Notes: generated by a model not told the origin, from the letters alone. Positions 18,450 through 28,986 are shown, counted from the stretch's first letter. The stretch is 64,000 bases of DNA from Dehalococcoidia bacterium (GCA_964291495.2 OZ219871.1:480001-544000), one strand, 5' to 3'. Made by a program: numbers and translations.

Positions 18450-20879
18450 ATGGCGCAACCCGGCGAGGGCGGCGCACTGTCCGGCCTGCGCGTGCTCAAC
18501 CTCGGAAGCTCGCTCTCCGCGGCCTGGTGCGCGCGGACGCTCGCCGAGTACGGCGCGGAGGCCACGATCGTCGAGCCCCCCGGCGGCGCTGCGCTGCGGA
18601 GCCTCGGCCCGCACGGCCCCGAGGGCGAAAGCACCCCCGCCGCCTACGCGCTCGCCAACCAGCGATCGCTCGTCCTCGATCTCACGCTCGCGGCGGACCG
18701 CGCCGCGCTGCGCCGCCTCGCCTCGGACAGCGACGTGGTCATCGAGAGCCGCGCGCCCGGCGCCCTCGAGGAAGCGGGCGCGAGCTTCGAGGAGCTGCGC
18801 GCCGAGCGGCCGGGGCTGATCCTCGCGGCGCTGACGCCGCACGGGCTGATCGGGCCGCGCGCAGGGCAGCCGGGCAACGACCTGACAGCCTTCGCGCGCT
18901 CCGGCTGGGCGGCGATCAACGGTCGCGCCGAGCCGCCGCTCAAGGGCGCACGCCACGTCGCCTCGCTCTACGCCGGACTGACGGGCGCGGCGGCGGTGCT
19001 GGCGGCGCTGCGCGAGCGCGCGGCGAGCGGGCGCGGGCAGCTCGTCGACCTCGCGGAGACGGACGCCCTCGCCGCGACGTTCGCCTCGGTGGCCTCGCAC
19101 GCGCAGTACCAGGGCGAGCTGGAGCAGCGCAACGTCGTCTGGTTCCGCGACCCGCTGCGCGGGCCGCTGCCCGCCGCCGACGGCTACTTCCACCTCATGC
19201 TCGGCCGCAGCGACTTCTTCCGGCTGGCGCTGCACATCCTCGGGCTGCCGGAGCTGGCCGAGGACACGCGCTTCGAGGGCCGCAGCGCGAGGCTCAAGCT
19301 GGCGGACGAGTGGGTCCCCGCCGTGTGGGAGCGCGTCGCCGCGCGCAAGAAGCTCGAGCTGTTCGAGGCGCTGACGACGGCGCGCGTCGTCGCCGGGCCG
19401 GTGCTGGACGCGGCGGAGCTCGCCACGAACGAGCACCTCGAGGCGCGCGGCTTCTTCGTGCGCCCGGAGGGCGGCGGACCAAGAATGCCGGGCCCGGCCG
19501 CGCGGCTCTCGGCGACGCCTCCCCGTCTGCGCCGTGCGGCTCCGGCGCCCGGCGCAGACGGCGCCTCGGTGCTCGGAGAGGAGCGCGAGCGCCGGGCGGC
19601 CACACCGCCGCCCACCGGCGGCGCGCGATCGAGGCCGCTCGAGGGCGTGCGGGCGCTGGCGCTCACGCAGGTCTGGGCGGGCGCGCACTGCGCGCAGCAC
19701 CTCGCGCTACTCGGGGCGGAGGTGATCAAGGTCGAGGCGCGCCGCCGTCCCGACACCTGGCGCGGCGGCTACGAGATGCGGATCCTCAGCGCGCTGCGGG
19801 ACCGCCCGACGGCGCGGCGCGGCTGGAACTGCCACCCCTCCTTCAACTCCGGCAACCTCAACCAGCTCGGCCTCACGCTCGACCTGCAACGGCCCGAGGG
19901 CGTCCGGCTCCTGCGCCGCCTGCTGCGCTCGACCGACGTCGTCGTCGAGAACTTCACGCCGCGCGTCCTCGGCAGCCTCGGGGTCGGCTACGAGGCGATG
20001 CGCGAGGAGCGGCCGGACGTGATCCTCTGCTCGATCAGCGGCTTCGGCGCGAGCGGGCCGTACCGCGACCGCCCCTCGAACGGCGGGACGATCGAGCCCG
20101 CGTCCGGCATGTCCTCGCTGCTCGGCTTCCCCGGCGGACCGCCGCGCAACTCCGGCGCGACCTTCCCCGACCCGCTCGCGGCGATGACCGCGACAACCGC
20201 GATCCTCGCCGCGCTCGAACACCGCGCCCGCACGGGCGAGGGCCAGCACATCGACGTCTCGATGCAAGAGGCGACGCTCGCGCTGGTCGGCGACGCGGCG
20301 CTGGAGCACGAGCTGACCGGGCGCACGCCGGGGCCGCAGGGCAACCGCCACCCGGACATTGCGCCGCACGGCATCTACCCCGCGAGCGGCGAGGACCGCT
20401 GGATCGCCCTCGCCGCCGACGACGAGGCGCAGTGGCGGCGGCTCGGCGCGGTCGCCGCGCGCCCCGATTGGGCGGCCGACCCGCGCTACGCGACGAACGG
20501 CGCCCGCAAGGCCAACGAGGACGCCCTCGACGCCGAGATCGCCGGGTGGACCCGCACGCAGCCACGCGACGCGCTGGCCGATCGTCTCGCGGCGGCCGGG
20601 CTACCCGCCGCGCCGGTGCTGAACCCCGGCGAGCTGCCCTCGGACGCCTCGTTCCGCGAGCGCGGCGTCGTCGCCGAGGTCGAGCACCCGGAGGCCGGCG
20701 TGTGGCCCTACGTCGTCGTCCCCTACCGCCTCACCGAGACCCCGTTGCGCGTGACCGCGCCCGCCCCCTGCCTCGGCGAGCACTCCGCCGAGGTGCTCAC
20801 CCGCCTCGCCGGCGTCGACGCCGCCGGCTACGAGGAGCTCGTGCGCCTCGGAATCAGCGGCGAGGATCCGCCGGAGTAG
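18450..20879 (+). CDS. Double-domain class III CoA-transferase (CaiB-CaiB fusion)
   Basis: Two CaiB repeats (LSGLRVLNL... and LEGVRALALTQVWAG...); catalytic Asp only in the second (ATFPDP). Confidence 0.9.
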   Translation: MAQPGEGGALSGLRVLNLGSSLSAAWCARTLAEYGAEATIVEPPGGAALRSLGPHGPEGESTPAAYALANQRSLVLDLTLAADRAALRRLASDSDVVIESRAPGALEEAGASFEELRAERPGLILAALTPHGLIGPRAGQPGNDLTAFARSGWAAINGRAEPPLKGARHVASLYAGLTGAAAVLAALRERAASGRGQLVDLAETDALAATFASVASHAQYQGELEQRNVVWFRDPLRGPLPAADGYFHLMLGRSDFFRLALHILGLPELAEDTRFEGRSARLKLADEWVPAVWERVAARKKLELFEALTTARVVAGPVLDAAELATNEHLEARGFFVRPEGGGPRMPGPAARLSATPPRLRRAAPAPGADGASVLGEERERRAATPPPTGGARSRPLEGVRALALTQVWAGAHCAQHLALLGAEVIKVEARRRPDTWRGGYEMRILSALRDRPTARRGWNCHPSFNSGNLNQLGLTLDLQRPEGVRLLRRLLRSTDVVVENFTPRVLGSLGVGYEAMREERPDVILCSISGFGASGPYRDRPSNGGTIEPASGMSSLLGFPGGPPRNSGATFPDPLAAMTATTAILAALEHRARTGEGQHIDVSMQEATLALVGDAALEHELTGRTPGPQGNRHPDIAPHGIYPASGEDRWIALAADDEAQWRRLGAVAARPDWAADPRYATNGARKANEDALDAEIAGWTRTQPRDALADRLAAAGLPAAPVLNPGELPSDASFRERGVVAEVEHPEAGVWPYVVVPYRLTETPLRVTAPAPCLGEHSAEVLTRLAGVDAAGYEELVRLGISGEDPPE

Positions 20880-20885
20880 CGACCG

Positions 20886-22196
20886 CTACCGGCTCGCGGC
20901 CTGCGGGGGGCGCGCGTAGGCGGAGGACTGGAAGGCGCGGATCGCGTCCACGTGCACCACGCGGACCGCGGGTGGGGCCTCGACCGTGCCGGTGTAGTCC
21001 ACGATCGTGCGCACGCCGGCGGCGGCGAGGCGGTCCGCGACGCCCTGCGCGTAGCGCGGCGGCACGGCGACGATCGCCGCCGCGATGCCCGAGGCGGCGA
21101 GGGCGTCCTCGAGGCCGTCGACGGACTCGACGGTGAGGCCGCGGATCGCGTGGCCGATCTGGCGCGGGTCGGCGTCGAAGGCGGCGGTGATCTCGTAACC
21201 GGCTTGCGCGAGCTGCTCGCTCGCCAGCGTGGGGCGGCCGAGGCGGCCGCAACCAACGAGCGCGAGCGGGGCCAGCGGCTCGCCCTCGAACGCCGCACGG
21301 AACGCCTCGGTGATGGCCCGCGGGCCGCGTTGTTCCTCGATCAGCCGGCCCTCGCGCACGAGGTAGTGGAGGTGGGCGTTGGTCTCCCAGATCGCCATGT
21401 TGCGCGTGTCGGCGTTCATCTCCTGCCACGTGCCCACGTTCCAGCTGATGCGCGCCGCGATGCCCGCGGCGCTGCGCGGGCCGTCCGCGGCGGCCGCGAG
21501 GATCTCCTCGTTGCGCTCGTGGTGGTGCTCGATGATCTCGTCCACCCGCGCCCGCAGATCCTCGAACGAGTACTCGTGGGCGGGGTGGACCATCGCCACG
21601 TTGAGGTCGGCGAGCGCGCGATGGCCATCGATGAAGTCCTGCAACGGGTTGCCCGTGTCGGTCGGGTAGCGGCTGACGTTCGGGGTGGTGACGGGCAGCA
21701 CGTGGTCGCCGGAGAAGAGCAGGCGGCGCCTGCGGTCATGGACGCAGGTGTGGCCGGGCGTGTGTCCGGGCGTCCAGATCGTCCACAGGCCGGAGCCGGG
21801 CACGAGCTCCTCGCCGCCCTCGAGGAGCACGTCCACCTCGGGAGGCCCGGCGTCGGCGTCGAAGGTCAGCACGTAGGGGTTGGTGGCGTCGGCGCGGTGG
21901 ATGGCGATCGGTGCGCCGGTGAACTCGCGCGCCTTCGCGGCGAGGCCGAAGTGATCGTTGTGGCCGTGCGTGACGACGATCAGCGAGAAGTCGCGCGGGG
22001 CGAGGCCCGCCTCCGGGATCTGGCGGCGCAGCGCCTCGAGGCCCTGATCGCTCTCCATCCCGGCGTCGACCATGACCCAGCCCTCGGAGGTCTCGATGGC
22101 GTAGACGAGCGTGTAGCGCTCGCGGCTGCTGGGCCGGATCTGGTTCGGCGGCATGGGGATGCGGAACTGGTAGACGCCCTCGGCCGCTGCCTGCAC
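20886..22196 (-). CDS. MBL-fold metallo-hydrolase fused to a winged helix and a Rex-like NAD(H)-binding Rossmann domain
   Basis: THGHNDH, TPGHTPGH, FSGDHVL, HPAH; ETNAHLHYL wHTH; LVGCGRLG...AAFDADP..IG...AIVAVP...AQGVADRL...GVRTIVDY like the Rex C-terminus. Confidence 0.8.
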   Translation of the reverse strand: MQAAAEGVYQFRIPMPPNQIRPSSRERYTLVYAIETSEGWVMVDAGMESDQGLEALRRQIPEAGLAPRDFSLIVVTHGHNDHFGLAAKAREFTGAPIAIHRADATNPYVLTFDADAGPPEVDVLLEGGEELVPGSGLWTIWTPGHTPGHTCVHDRRRRLLFSGDHVLPVTTPNVSRYPTDTGNPLQDFIDGHRALADLNVAMVHPAHEYSFEDLRARVDEIIEHHHERNEEILAAAADGPRSAAGIAARISWNVGTWQEMNADTRNMAIWETNAHLHYLVREGRLIEEQRGPRAITEAFRAAFEGEPLAPLALVGCGRLGRPTLASEQLAQAGYEITAAFDADPRQIGHAIRGLTVESVDGLEDALAASGIAAAIVAVPPRYAQGVADRLAAAGVRTIVDYTGTVEAPPAVRVVHVDAIRAFQSSAYARPPQAASR

Positions 22197-22302
22197 GCGC
22201 TGCCTCCCACCCGGCTCGGTCCGTGCCTGGCAAGCCTAGCCGTCACGCGCAGTCGAAGGCCACGGCTGGTGCGAGAACGAATCCGGTCGCGTATTCCAAA
22301 CC

Positions 22303-22519
22303 GAGACCTTCGCGTAACCCTCACCTCGGGGCAGCGAGCGCATCCCCTCCGGTCCCCTCTCCCCGAGGGAGAGGGTGAGGGTGAGGGAGGAGCCGCCCTC
22401 TGGAGTTTCGTTGCGCCGTCGGGGCTTCGAAGGGGCGCGGGAGTCCTCCCCCTCACCCCCGCCCTCTCCCCGAGGGAGAGGGGGCCGGATCGGGCTTGTG
22501 GGAGTTTCGCAAGGGTCTC
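22303..22519. mobile_element. MITE, copy 2 (217 bp), with imperfect 18-bp TIRs and AAACC target-site duplication
   Basis: Left end GAGACCTTCGCGTAACCC, right end (rc) GAGACCCTTGCGAAACTC (14/18 match); AAACC at 22298-22302 and 22520-22524; two inverted BoxC-like hairpins inside. Confidence 0.85.
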
Positions 22520-22550
22520 AAACCGCGGGTCGAACGACCCCATTTCACAG

Positions 22551-22566
22551 TGTGATTCAGGTCACA
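22551..22566. promoter_or_regulatory. TGTGA-N6-TCACA operator (Rex- or CRP/FNR-type)
   Basis: TGTGATTCAGGTCACA upstream of the coxG extended -10 (TGCTATCAT, 22609-22617). Confidence 0.7.
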
Positions 22567-22640
22567 AGGCATGGCCCCGACGCGTCGCGGCAAGGGGCGT
22601 CGCATCGGTGCTATCATCCGCCCGCGCGAGGGGGTGAGGC

Positions 22641-23102
22641 GTGCGCATCGACGGCGAGCACCGTTTCGCGCTTCCCCGATCCGTGATGTGGGAGCACCTG
22701 CTCGACCCCGCCTCGCTGCAAGGCGCGATCCCCGGCTGCACCGCGTTCGACGAGGTCGCCCCCGATACCTGGGAACTCACCGCCCAGGTCGGCGTCGGGC
22801 CGGTGCGCGGAACCTTCACGGGCCGCGTCGAACTGCGCGACCGGCAGCCCGAGTCGCGCTACACGCTGATCGCCTCGGGACAGGGGCGGCCCGGTGGCGG
22901 CCAGGGCGAGGCCGTGATCGACCTGACGGACGACGGAGAAGGCACGCACCTGCGCTACGAGGCGGACGTGACGGTCCGGGGCGCGATCGCTCGCGTCGGC
23001 GGCCGCTTGCTGACGGCCTCGGCGCGCACGATGGCGCGCCAGTTCTTCGATGCGATCGAGCAAGAGGCAAAGACGGCGACAGAGAGGAGTGCGGCGACAT
23101 GA
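22641..23102 (+). CDS. coxG: CoxG/SRPBCC carbon monoxide dehydrogenase accessory protein
   Basis: [39 protein letters not shown]. Confidence 0.88.
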   Translation: MRIDGEHRFALPRSVMWEHLLDPASLQGAIPGCTAFDEVAPDTWELTAQVGVGPVRGTFTGRVELRDRQPESRYTLIASGQGRPGGGQGEAVIDLTDDGEGTHLRYEADVTVRGAIARVGGRLLTASARTMARQFFDAIEQEAKTATERSAAT

Positions 23103-23566
23103 GCGTACCGATTTCGGTAACCGTGAACGGACGGGCCCACGAACTGGAAGTGGAGCCCCGCATGCTGCTGGTGCACCTCCTGCGGGAGGAGCTGAACCTC
23201 ACCGGCACGCATGTGGGCTGCGACACGAGCCAGTGCGGGGCCTGCACCGTGATCGTCGATGGCTCGTCCGCCAAGTCCTGCACCGTGCTGGCGGTGCAGG
23301 CCGACGGCGCGTCCATCACCACGATCGAGGGCCTCGCCCAGGACGGCGAACTGCACCCGCTGCAGGAGGCGTTCTGGGACGAGCACGGCCTGCAGTGCGG
23401 CTATTGCACGCCGGGCATGATTATGTCCGGTATTGACCTCCTCGAGCGGCACCCCGACCCGTCCGAGGCCGAGATCCGGCGCGGGTTGGACGGCAACCTC
23501 TGCCGCTGCACCGGCTACGAGCACATCGTGAACGCCATGCAGGCCGCGGCGGGAGGTGCATCATGA
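23099..23566 (+). CDS. coxS: Molybdenum hydroxylase/CODH small 2Fe-2S subunit
   Basis: [30 protein letters not shown]. Confidence 0.93.
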   Translation: MSVPISVTVNGRAHELEVEPRMLLVHLLREELNLTGTHVGCDTSQCGACTVIVDGSSAKSCTVLAVQADGASITTIEGLAQDGELHPLQEAFWDEHGLQCGYCTPGMIMSGIDLLERHPDPSEAEIRRGLDGNLCRCTGYEHIVNAMQAAAGGAS

Positions 23567-25935
23567 CCATGGCCGCAACCCCAGGCCAGCTTGTCGGACA
23601 GCGCGTCCGGCGGCGCGAGGACCCGCGCCTGGTGCAGGGCCACGGCACCTACGTCGACGACGTGAAGCTGCCGGGCATGCTCCACCTCGCCTTCCGGCGC
23701 AGCGACGTGGCGCACGGCATCATCCGCTCGATCGACACCAGCGCCGCCGAGGCGATGGATGGCGTCGAGGCGGTCTACACCGGCGCCCAGATCGCCGACA
23801 TAGTGCCGCCGATGCCCGTCGCGACGCCGTTCCCGGCGCCCGACCACCACTCGGTGGCCCCGGAGCGCGTCCGCTACGTCGGCGAGCCCATCGCCGTTGT
23901 CGTGGCCACCGACCGCTACCTGGCGGCCGACGCCGCCGACGCGATCGAGGTCGACATCGAGGAACTGCCCGCGGTGATCGACCCCGAGCGGGCGATGGCC
24001 GGTGAGCCGACCACGATCTACGACGACTTCGAGAACAACCTCGCCGTCCCGATGGCCCCCGCCGGCACCGGCGTGGGCGCCGACGGCAGCATCGAGGACA
24101 ACTCGGCGCTCGACGAGGCGTTCGAGAAGGCCGACGTGGTGATCTCGCAGCGGATGATGAACCAGCGCCTGGTCCCGAACGCGATGGAGCCGCGCGGCAT
24201 CCTCGCGCACTACGAGCCGGGCAAGGAGGAACTGACCGCCTGGTCGACGACGCAGAACCCGCATATCGCGCGCACGCTCCTGGCGGCGATCCTCGGGATG
24301 GGCCAGCACCAGGTGCGCGTCATCGCCCCGGACGTGGGCGGCGGCTTCGGCAGCAAGATCAACGTCTACGGCGAGGACTTCGCCGCGGCCGCGATCTCGC
24401 GCGACCTCGGCCGCCCCGTGAAGTGGATCGAGGACCGCTCCGAGGCGTTCATGACCACGATCCACGGCCGCGACGTGATCGGCTACATCGACCTCGCCGC
24501 GACGGGTGAGGGCAAGGTGACGGCCGTCAAGATGCGGCTCATCGCCGACATCGGCGCCTACGAGATGGTGCTGACGGCGGCGATCCCCACCCTGGTGGCC
24601 TTCATGATCAGCGGCGTCTATGACATCCCCGTCGTGCGCGCCGAGCTGACCGAGGTCTTCACCAACAAGATGCCGACCGACGCCTACCGCGGCGCCGGAC
24701 GGCCCGAGGGCATCTACTTCCTCGAGCGCGCCATGGACATGCTGGCGTCCGAGCTGGGGATGGACCCCGCCGACGTGCGGCGCGTGAACTTCATCCAGCC
24801 GGACCAGTTCCCGTACACCACCGCCGGGGGCATGGTCTACGACTCCGGTGAGTACGAGCGCCTGCTCGACCAGGCCCTCGAGAACGCCGGCTGGGAGCAG
24901 ATGAAGGCCGACCGCGACGCCGCGCGCGCCGAGGGTCGGATCGTCGGGCTCGGCATGTCGTTCTACACGGAGATCTGCGGCTTCGGCCCCTCGGCGGCGA
25001 TGCCGACCGTCGGACTCTGGGAGCACGCGAGCGTAAGCGTGGAGCGCGACGGCAAGGTGATCGCCTCGAGCGGCGCGTCCTCGCACGGCCAGGGCCACGA
25101 GACGACGTTCGCGCAGATGCTGGCGGATGACCTCGGTATCCCGATGGATGACATCTCGATCATCCATGGCGACACCGGGCAAGTCCGCGAGGGCACGGGC
25201 ACCTTCGGCAGCCGCTCGCAGGTGGTGGGCGGCACCGCGCTGCTCATGGCGAGCGGCAAGGTCAAGGACAAGATGCGCAAGTTCGCCGCGCAGATGCTCG
25301 AGACCCAGCCCGCCGACCTCTCGTTCCGCGAAGGGATGATCGGACCGACGGGGCAGGAGGACACCGGCGTCGCCTTCGCCGAGGTCGCCGGCTTCGCCTA
25401 CATCCCGATCCCGCTCCCGCCGGACACCGAGCCCGGCCTGAGCGAGGAGGCGTTCTGGGAGCCCGAGGGCTTCACCTGGCCCTTCGGCTGCTACATCTCG
25501 CAGGTCGAGATCGACCGCGACACGGGCGAGCTGGAGCTGCAGCGCTTCGTCGGCGTGGACGACTGCGGCAACGTGGTCAACCCGCTGATCGTCGCCGGGC
25601 AGATCCACGGCGGCATCGCCCAGGGCGTCGGCCAGGCGATGACCGAGGAGGCGGTCTATGACGAGGAGAGCGGCCAGCTGCTGAGCGCCTCGTTCATGGA
25701 CTACGCGATCCCGCGCGCGCGCGACCTGCCACGCTTCGAGCTGGACCACACCGTGACCCCCTCCCCGCTCAACCCGATGGGCGTGAAGGGCATCGGCGAG
25801 GCCGGCACGATCGGGTCGACTCCATCGATCGTGAACGCCGCCGTCGACGCGCTCAGCGGGCACGGCGTCGAGCACATCGACATGATGCTGCGTCCGGAGA
25901 AGCTCTGGCGTCTGATCCAGGGAGGCGACGCATGA
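23563..25935 (+). CDS. coxL: Molybdopterin-binding large subunit, form II (putative) CO dehydrogenase / xanthine oxidase family
   Basis: [17 protein letters not shown], form II signature [23 protein letters not shown]. Confidence 0.92.
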   Translation: MTMAATPGQLVGQRVRRREDPRLVQGHGTYVDDVKLPGMLHLAFRRSDVAHGIIRSIDTSAAEAMDGVEAVYTGAQIADIVPPMPVATPFPAPDHHSVAPERVRYVGEPIAVVVATDRYLAADAADAIEVDIEELPAVIDPERAMAGEPTTIYDDFENNLAVPMAPAGTGVGADGSIEDNSALDEAFEKADVVISQRMMNQRLVPNAMEPRGILAHYEPGKEELTAWSTTQNPHIARTLLAAILGMGQHQVRVIAPDVGGGFGSKINVYGEDFAAAAISRDLGRPVKWIEDRSEAFMTTIHGRDVIGYIDLAATGEGKVTAVKMRLIADIGAYEMVLTAAIPTLVAFMISGVYDIPVVRAELTEVFTNKMPTDAYRGAGRPEGIYFLERAMDMLASELGMDPADVRRVNFIQPDQFPYTTAGGMVYDSGEYERLLDQALENAGWEQMKADRDAARAEGRIVGLGMSFYTEICGFGPSAAMPTVGLWEHASVSVERDGKVIASSGASSHGQGHETTFAQMLADDLGIPMDDISIIHGDTGQVREGTGTFGSRSQVVGGTALLMASGKVKDKMRKFAAQMLETQPADLSFREGMIGPTGQEDTGVAFAEVAGFAYIPIPLPPDTEPGLSEEAFWEPEGFTWPFGCYISQVEIDRDTGELELQRFVGVDDCGNVVNPLIVAGQIHGGIAQGVGQAMTEEAVYDEESGQLLSASFMDYAIPRARDLPRFELDHTVTPSPLNPMGVKGIGEAGTIGSTPSIVNAAVDALSGHGVEHIDMMLRPEKLWRLIQGGDA

Positions 25936-26777
25936 TCCCCTCAGCGTTCGATTACCAGCGCGCCGGCTCCGTCGAGGAGGCGATCGCGCTCAAGCAGGGA
26001 GCAGAGGGCGACGCCCGCTTCATCGCCGGCGGTCACAGCCTGATCCCGCTGATGAAGCTGCGCCTCGCCGAGCCCTCGCTGCTGATCGACATCAGCGGCA
26101 TCCCCGGGCTCTCCGGGGTGAGCGAGGACGGCGGGCGGATCTCGATCGGCGCGCTCACCACCCACGCCGAGTTGGAGGACGACGCGGTGCTGCTCGCCTC
26201 CGCGCCCGTCGTCGCCGAGGCGGCGGGCGAGATCGGCGACCAGCAGGTGCGCAACCGCGGCACCATCGGCGGCAGCCTCGCGCACGCCGACCCGGCGTCC
26301 GACCTGCCGGCGGTGGTCGTCGCGCTCGACGCCTCGATCCACATCGCCGGCTCGGGCGGCGAGCGCACGGTCGCCGCGGGCGACTTCTTCAGCGGGCTGT
26401 TCGAGGTCGACCTGACGGAGGACGAGCTGATCACCTCGGTCAGCTTCGACGCCCCCTCGCAGGCGGCCTATGCGAAGCTCCGCCACCCGGCCTCGCACTT
26501 CGCGATCGTCGGCGTTGCGGCCTCGCTGACCGTCGAGGGCGGCGTCTGCACCGGCGCCCGCGTCGCCGTGACGGGCGCCTCGACGCACGCGCAGCGGCTG
26601 GGGGCGGTCGAGGAGGCGCTGACCGGCTCGTCGCTCGACGACGACGCGATCGCAGCCGCCTCCGCGGCAGCCGCCGTGGACGACGTGAACGCGGACCTGG
26701 CGGGCTCGGAGGAGTACCGGCGGGCGATGACGCAGGTCTTCACCGGCCGCGCGATCGCCGCCGCCGCCGGCCGCTAG
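25932..26777 (+). CDS. coxM: FAD-binding medium subunit of molybdenum hydroxylase/CODH
   Basis: [40 protein letters not shown]. Confidence 0.92.
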   Translation: MIPSAFDYQRAGSVEEAIALKQGAEGDARFIAGGHSLIPLMKLRLAEPSLLIDISGIPGLSGVSEDGGRISIGALTTHAELEDDAVLLASAPVVAEAAGEIGDQQVRNRGTIGGSLAHADPASDLPAVVVALDASIHIAGSGGERTVAAGDFFSGLFEVDLTEDELITSVSFDAPSQAAYAKLRHPASHFAIVGVAASLTVEGGVCTGARVAVTGASTHAQRLGAVEEALTGSSLDDDAIAAASAAAAVDDVNADLAGSEEYRRAMTQVFTGRAIAAAAGR

Positions 26778-26820
26778 TCGGAGGCGCGGGCGCGCGCCTC
26801 GGGCGAACCTGTACGCAAGC

Positions 26821-26849
26821 CTCGCGCCGGGACCGGTTCCCGGCGCGAG
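26821..26849. terminator. Strong GC hairpin after the cox operon
   Basis: CTCGCGCCGGGA-CCGGT-TCCCGGCGCGAG, 12-bp stem; no clear U-tract. Confidence 0.45.
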
Positions 26850-26882
26850 TGTTCTCGCCGCAGACAACGCGAGGGGGCAGCG

Positions 26883-27821
26883 ATGCGCGGAGTAGGAGTC
26901 ATCGAGTTCGGCGGCCCGGAGGCCCTCGAGGTCGTCGCGCTGCCCGAGGTCCACGCCGGGCCCGGCGAAGTGCGGATCCGCAACCACGCCGCCGCGGTCA
27001 ACCCGACGGACACGATGCTGCGCAACGGCTCGCGTGCCGATGCGCTGCGCGACGTGCTGTCGCCTCATGTCCCGGGCATGGACGCCGCCGGCGTCATCGA
27101 CGAGATCGGCCCCAACACGGATACCGACCTCGCGATCGGCGAAGCGGTCATGGCGATGGTGATCCCGCACAGCAGGCACGGCGCCTACCGGCAGAGCATC
27201 GTGCTCTCCGCCGACTCCGTCGTGCGCGCCCCGGCCGGCGCCGGCCATGTCGAGGCGTGCACGCTGCCGATGAACGCACTGACCGCGCGCATGTCGCTCG
27301 ACCAGCTCGCGCTGCAGCCCGGCCAGACCCTCGGCGTGACGGGCGCCGCCGGCTGCTACGGCGGCTACGTCGTGCAGCTCGCGAAGGCCGAGGGCCTGCG
27401 CGTCGTCGCCGACTCCTCGGAGGCCGACTGGGGACTGGTCCGCGAGCTCGGGGCCGACATCATCGTGCCGCGTGGCGACGACGTCGCCGCGCGGATGCGC
27501 ATGGCCGTGCCCGGTGGCGTCGACGGGCTGGCCGACGGGGCGGTGCAGAACGAGCTGGCGGTCGGCGCCGTCCGCGACGGCGGCTCGTTCGCCGCGGTGC
27601 GCGGCTGGACGGGCACCGGCGAGCGCGGGATCAACTTCCACGTCACGATGGTGCGCAACTACGACCACCGCGCCGACCTGCTCGATACGCTTCGCCAGCA
27701 AGTCGAGGACGGCGTGGTCAGCCTGCGGGTGTACGACACCTACACGATGAACCAGGCGCCGGACGCCCACGCCCGCCTCGAGGCGGGAGGCGCACGCGGC
27801 CGCTGCGTGATCCTGTTCTAG
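26883..27821 (+). CDS. NADPH:quinone reductase-like MDR oxidoreductase
   Basis: [32 protein letters not shown]. Confidence 0.9.
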   Translation: MRGVGVIEFGGPEALEVVALPEVHAGPGEVRIRNHAAAVNPTDTMLRNGSRADALRDVLSPHVPGMDAAGVIDEIGPNTDTDLAIGEAVMAMVIPHSRHGAYRQSIVLSADSVVRAPAGAGHVEACTLPMNALTARMSLDQLALQPGQTLGVTGAAGCYGGYVVQLAKAEGLRVVADSSEADWGLVRELGADIIVPRGDDVAARMRMAVPGGVDGLADGAVQNELAVGAVRDGGSFAAVRGWTGTGERGINFHVTMVRNYDHRADLLDTLRQQVEDGVVSLRVYDTYTMNQAPDAHARLEAGGARGRCVILF

Positions 27822-27849
27822 CGCCCAGCACCGCACAGGGGAACGCTCG

Positions 27850-28611
27850 ATGACCACGACCGCCGGCGCCTTCGCCTTCCTCGGCGAGGCCGCGGTCGAA
27901 GGCCGCGTCGCCGAGCGCCGCTTCGAGGTGCAGCGCGGCGGGGAGTCGATTCCCGGCATCCTCTGGACGCCCGCGGCGGTGAGCCGCGCCGTGCCGCTGG
28001 TGCTGCTGGGCCACGGCGGCAGCGGGCACAAGCGCAGCGACCGCATGCTCGAGCTCGGGATTCGGTTCGCCCGCGATCGCGGCTTCGCGGCCGCGGCGAT
28101 CGACGGCCCCGGCCACGGCGACCGCGGCGGGCTGACCTCGACGGACGACCCCGCCTACCGCGCGATCTGGCAGCGACCCGGCACCGTGCCGGATATGGTG
28201 GCCGACTGGCAGGCGACGCTCGACGCGCTGAGCGAACTGGAAGCGATCGACGCCGCCCGCGTCGGCTACTGGGGCCTCTCGATGGGCACGATGTTCGGGC
28301 TACCGTTCGTCGCCGCGGAGCCGCGGATCCGGGCGGCCGTCCTCGGCAAGGCGGGGCTCACCGGCAGCAGCGTCGACCGCAGTGGCATCGCGCCGCACCT
28401 GCGCGCGGCGGCTCCTCGCGTCACCTGCCCCACGTACTTCCACGTGCAGTGGGACGACGAGCGGTTCGACCGCTACGGCTCGCTGTTCCTCTTCGACCAG
28501 ATCGCGGCCGTCGAGAAGGAGCTACACACCTTCCCCGGCCTGCACGCGGTCATGACGCCGCAGGCGCTTGAAGGCTCAATCGCCTTCCTCGCCCGCCACC
28601 TCGCGGCCTGA
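27850..28611 (+). CDS. Alpha/beta hydrolase
   Basis: LLGHGGSGHK, IDGPGHG, nucleophile elbow GLSMG, PGLH. Confidence 0.85.
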   Translation: MTTTAGAFAFLGEAAVEGRVAERRFEVQRGGESIPGILWTPAAVSRAVPLVLLGHGGSGHKRSDRMLELGIRFARDRGFAAAAIDGPGHGDRGGLTSTDDPAYRAIWQRPGTVPDMVADWQATLDALSELEAIDAARVGYWGLSMGTMFGLPFVAAEPRIRAAVLGKAGLTGSSVDRSGIAPHLRAAAPRVTCPTYFHVQWDDERFDRYGSLFLFDQIAAVEKELHTFPGLHAVMTPQALEGSIAFLARHLAA

Positions 28612-28986
28612 GCGAGGCGGCGAGGCGTCGTAGCCGGCCTCCTCCTCGGCGACCACGAGCGAGTTCCCGCCGCCGATCCGCAGCGGGATGGCCGTCTCCG
28701 TCTCGCCGTCATCGAAGAGGGCGACGATCCGCAGCCGGGCGCCGAGGCCTTCGAGATACCGGCGCAGCGAGGACAGCCGGATATCCTCGCCGCGCTCGAG
28801 CTGCGAGACCGCGGGCTGGCTGCTGCCGAGGCTTAACGCAAGCTCGGCCTGCGAGCGGTTGAGCGCCCGGCGGAGCTCGTGCAGGCCGACCTCGGCCAGG
28901 GTGGCCTCGCGCAGCGCGGCAAGCCGCTCGGGCGCGCCGGGGCGGGCCACGACCTTCCCGTGGAGCTCCCGATAGTTCCTGGCCAT
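28576..28986 (-). CDS. higA: XRE-family HTH antitoxin (HigA-type)
   Basis: LHELRRALNRSQAELALSLGSSQPAVSQLERGEDIRLSSLRRYLEGLG; downstream of the toxin. Confidence 0.85.
   Translation of the reverse strand: MARNYRELHGKVVARPGAPERLAALREATLAEVGLHELRRALNRSQAELALSLGSSQPAVSQLERGEDIRLSSLRRYLEGLGARLRIVALFDDGETETAIPLRIGGGNSLVVAEEEAGYDASPPRSGREVAGEEGD

Noticed and set aside
23563-25935. Bona fide form I CO dehydrogenase
   Set aside because: Active-site loop is AYRGAGR, not AYxCSFR, and gene order is S-L-M; CO oxidation cannot be claimed
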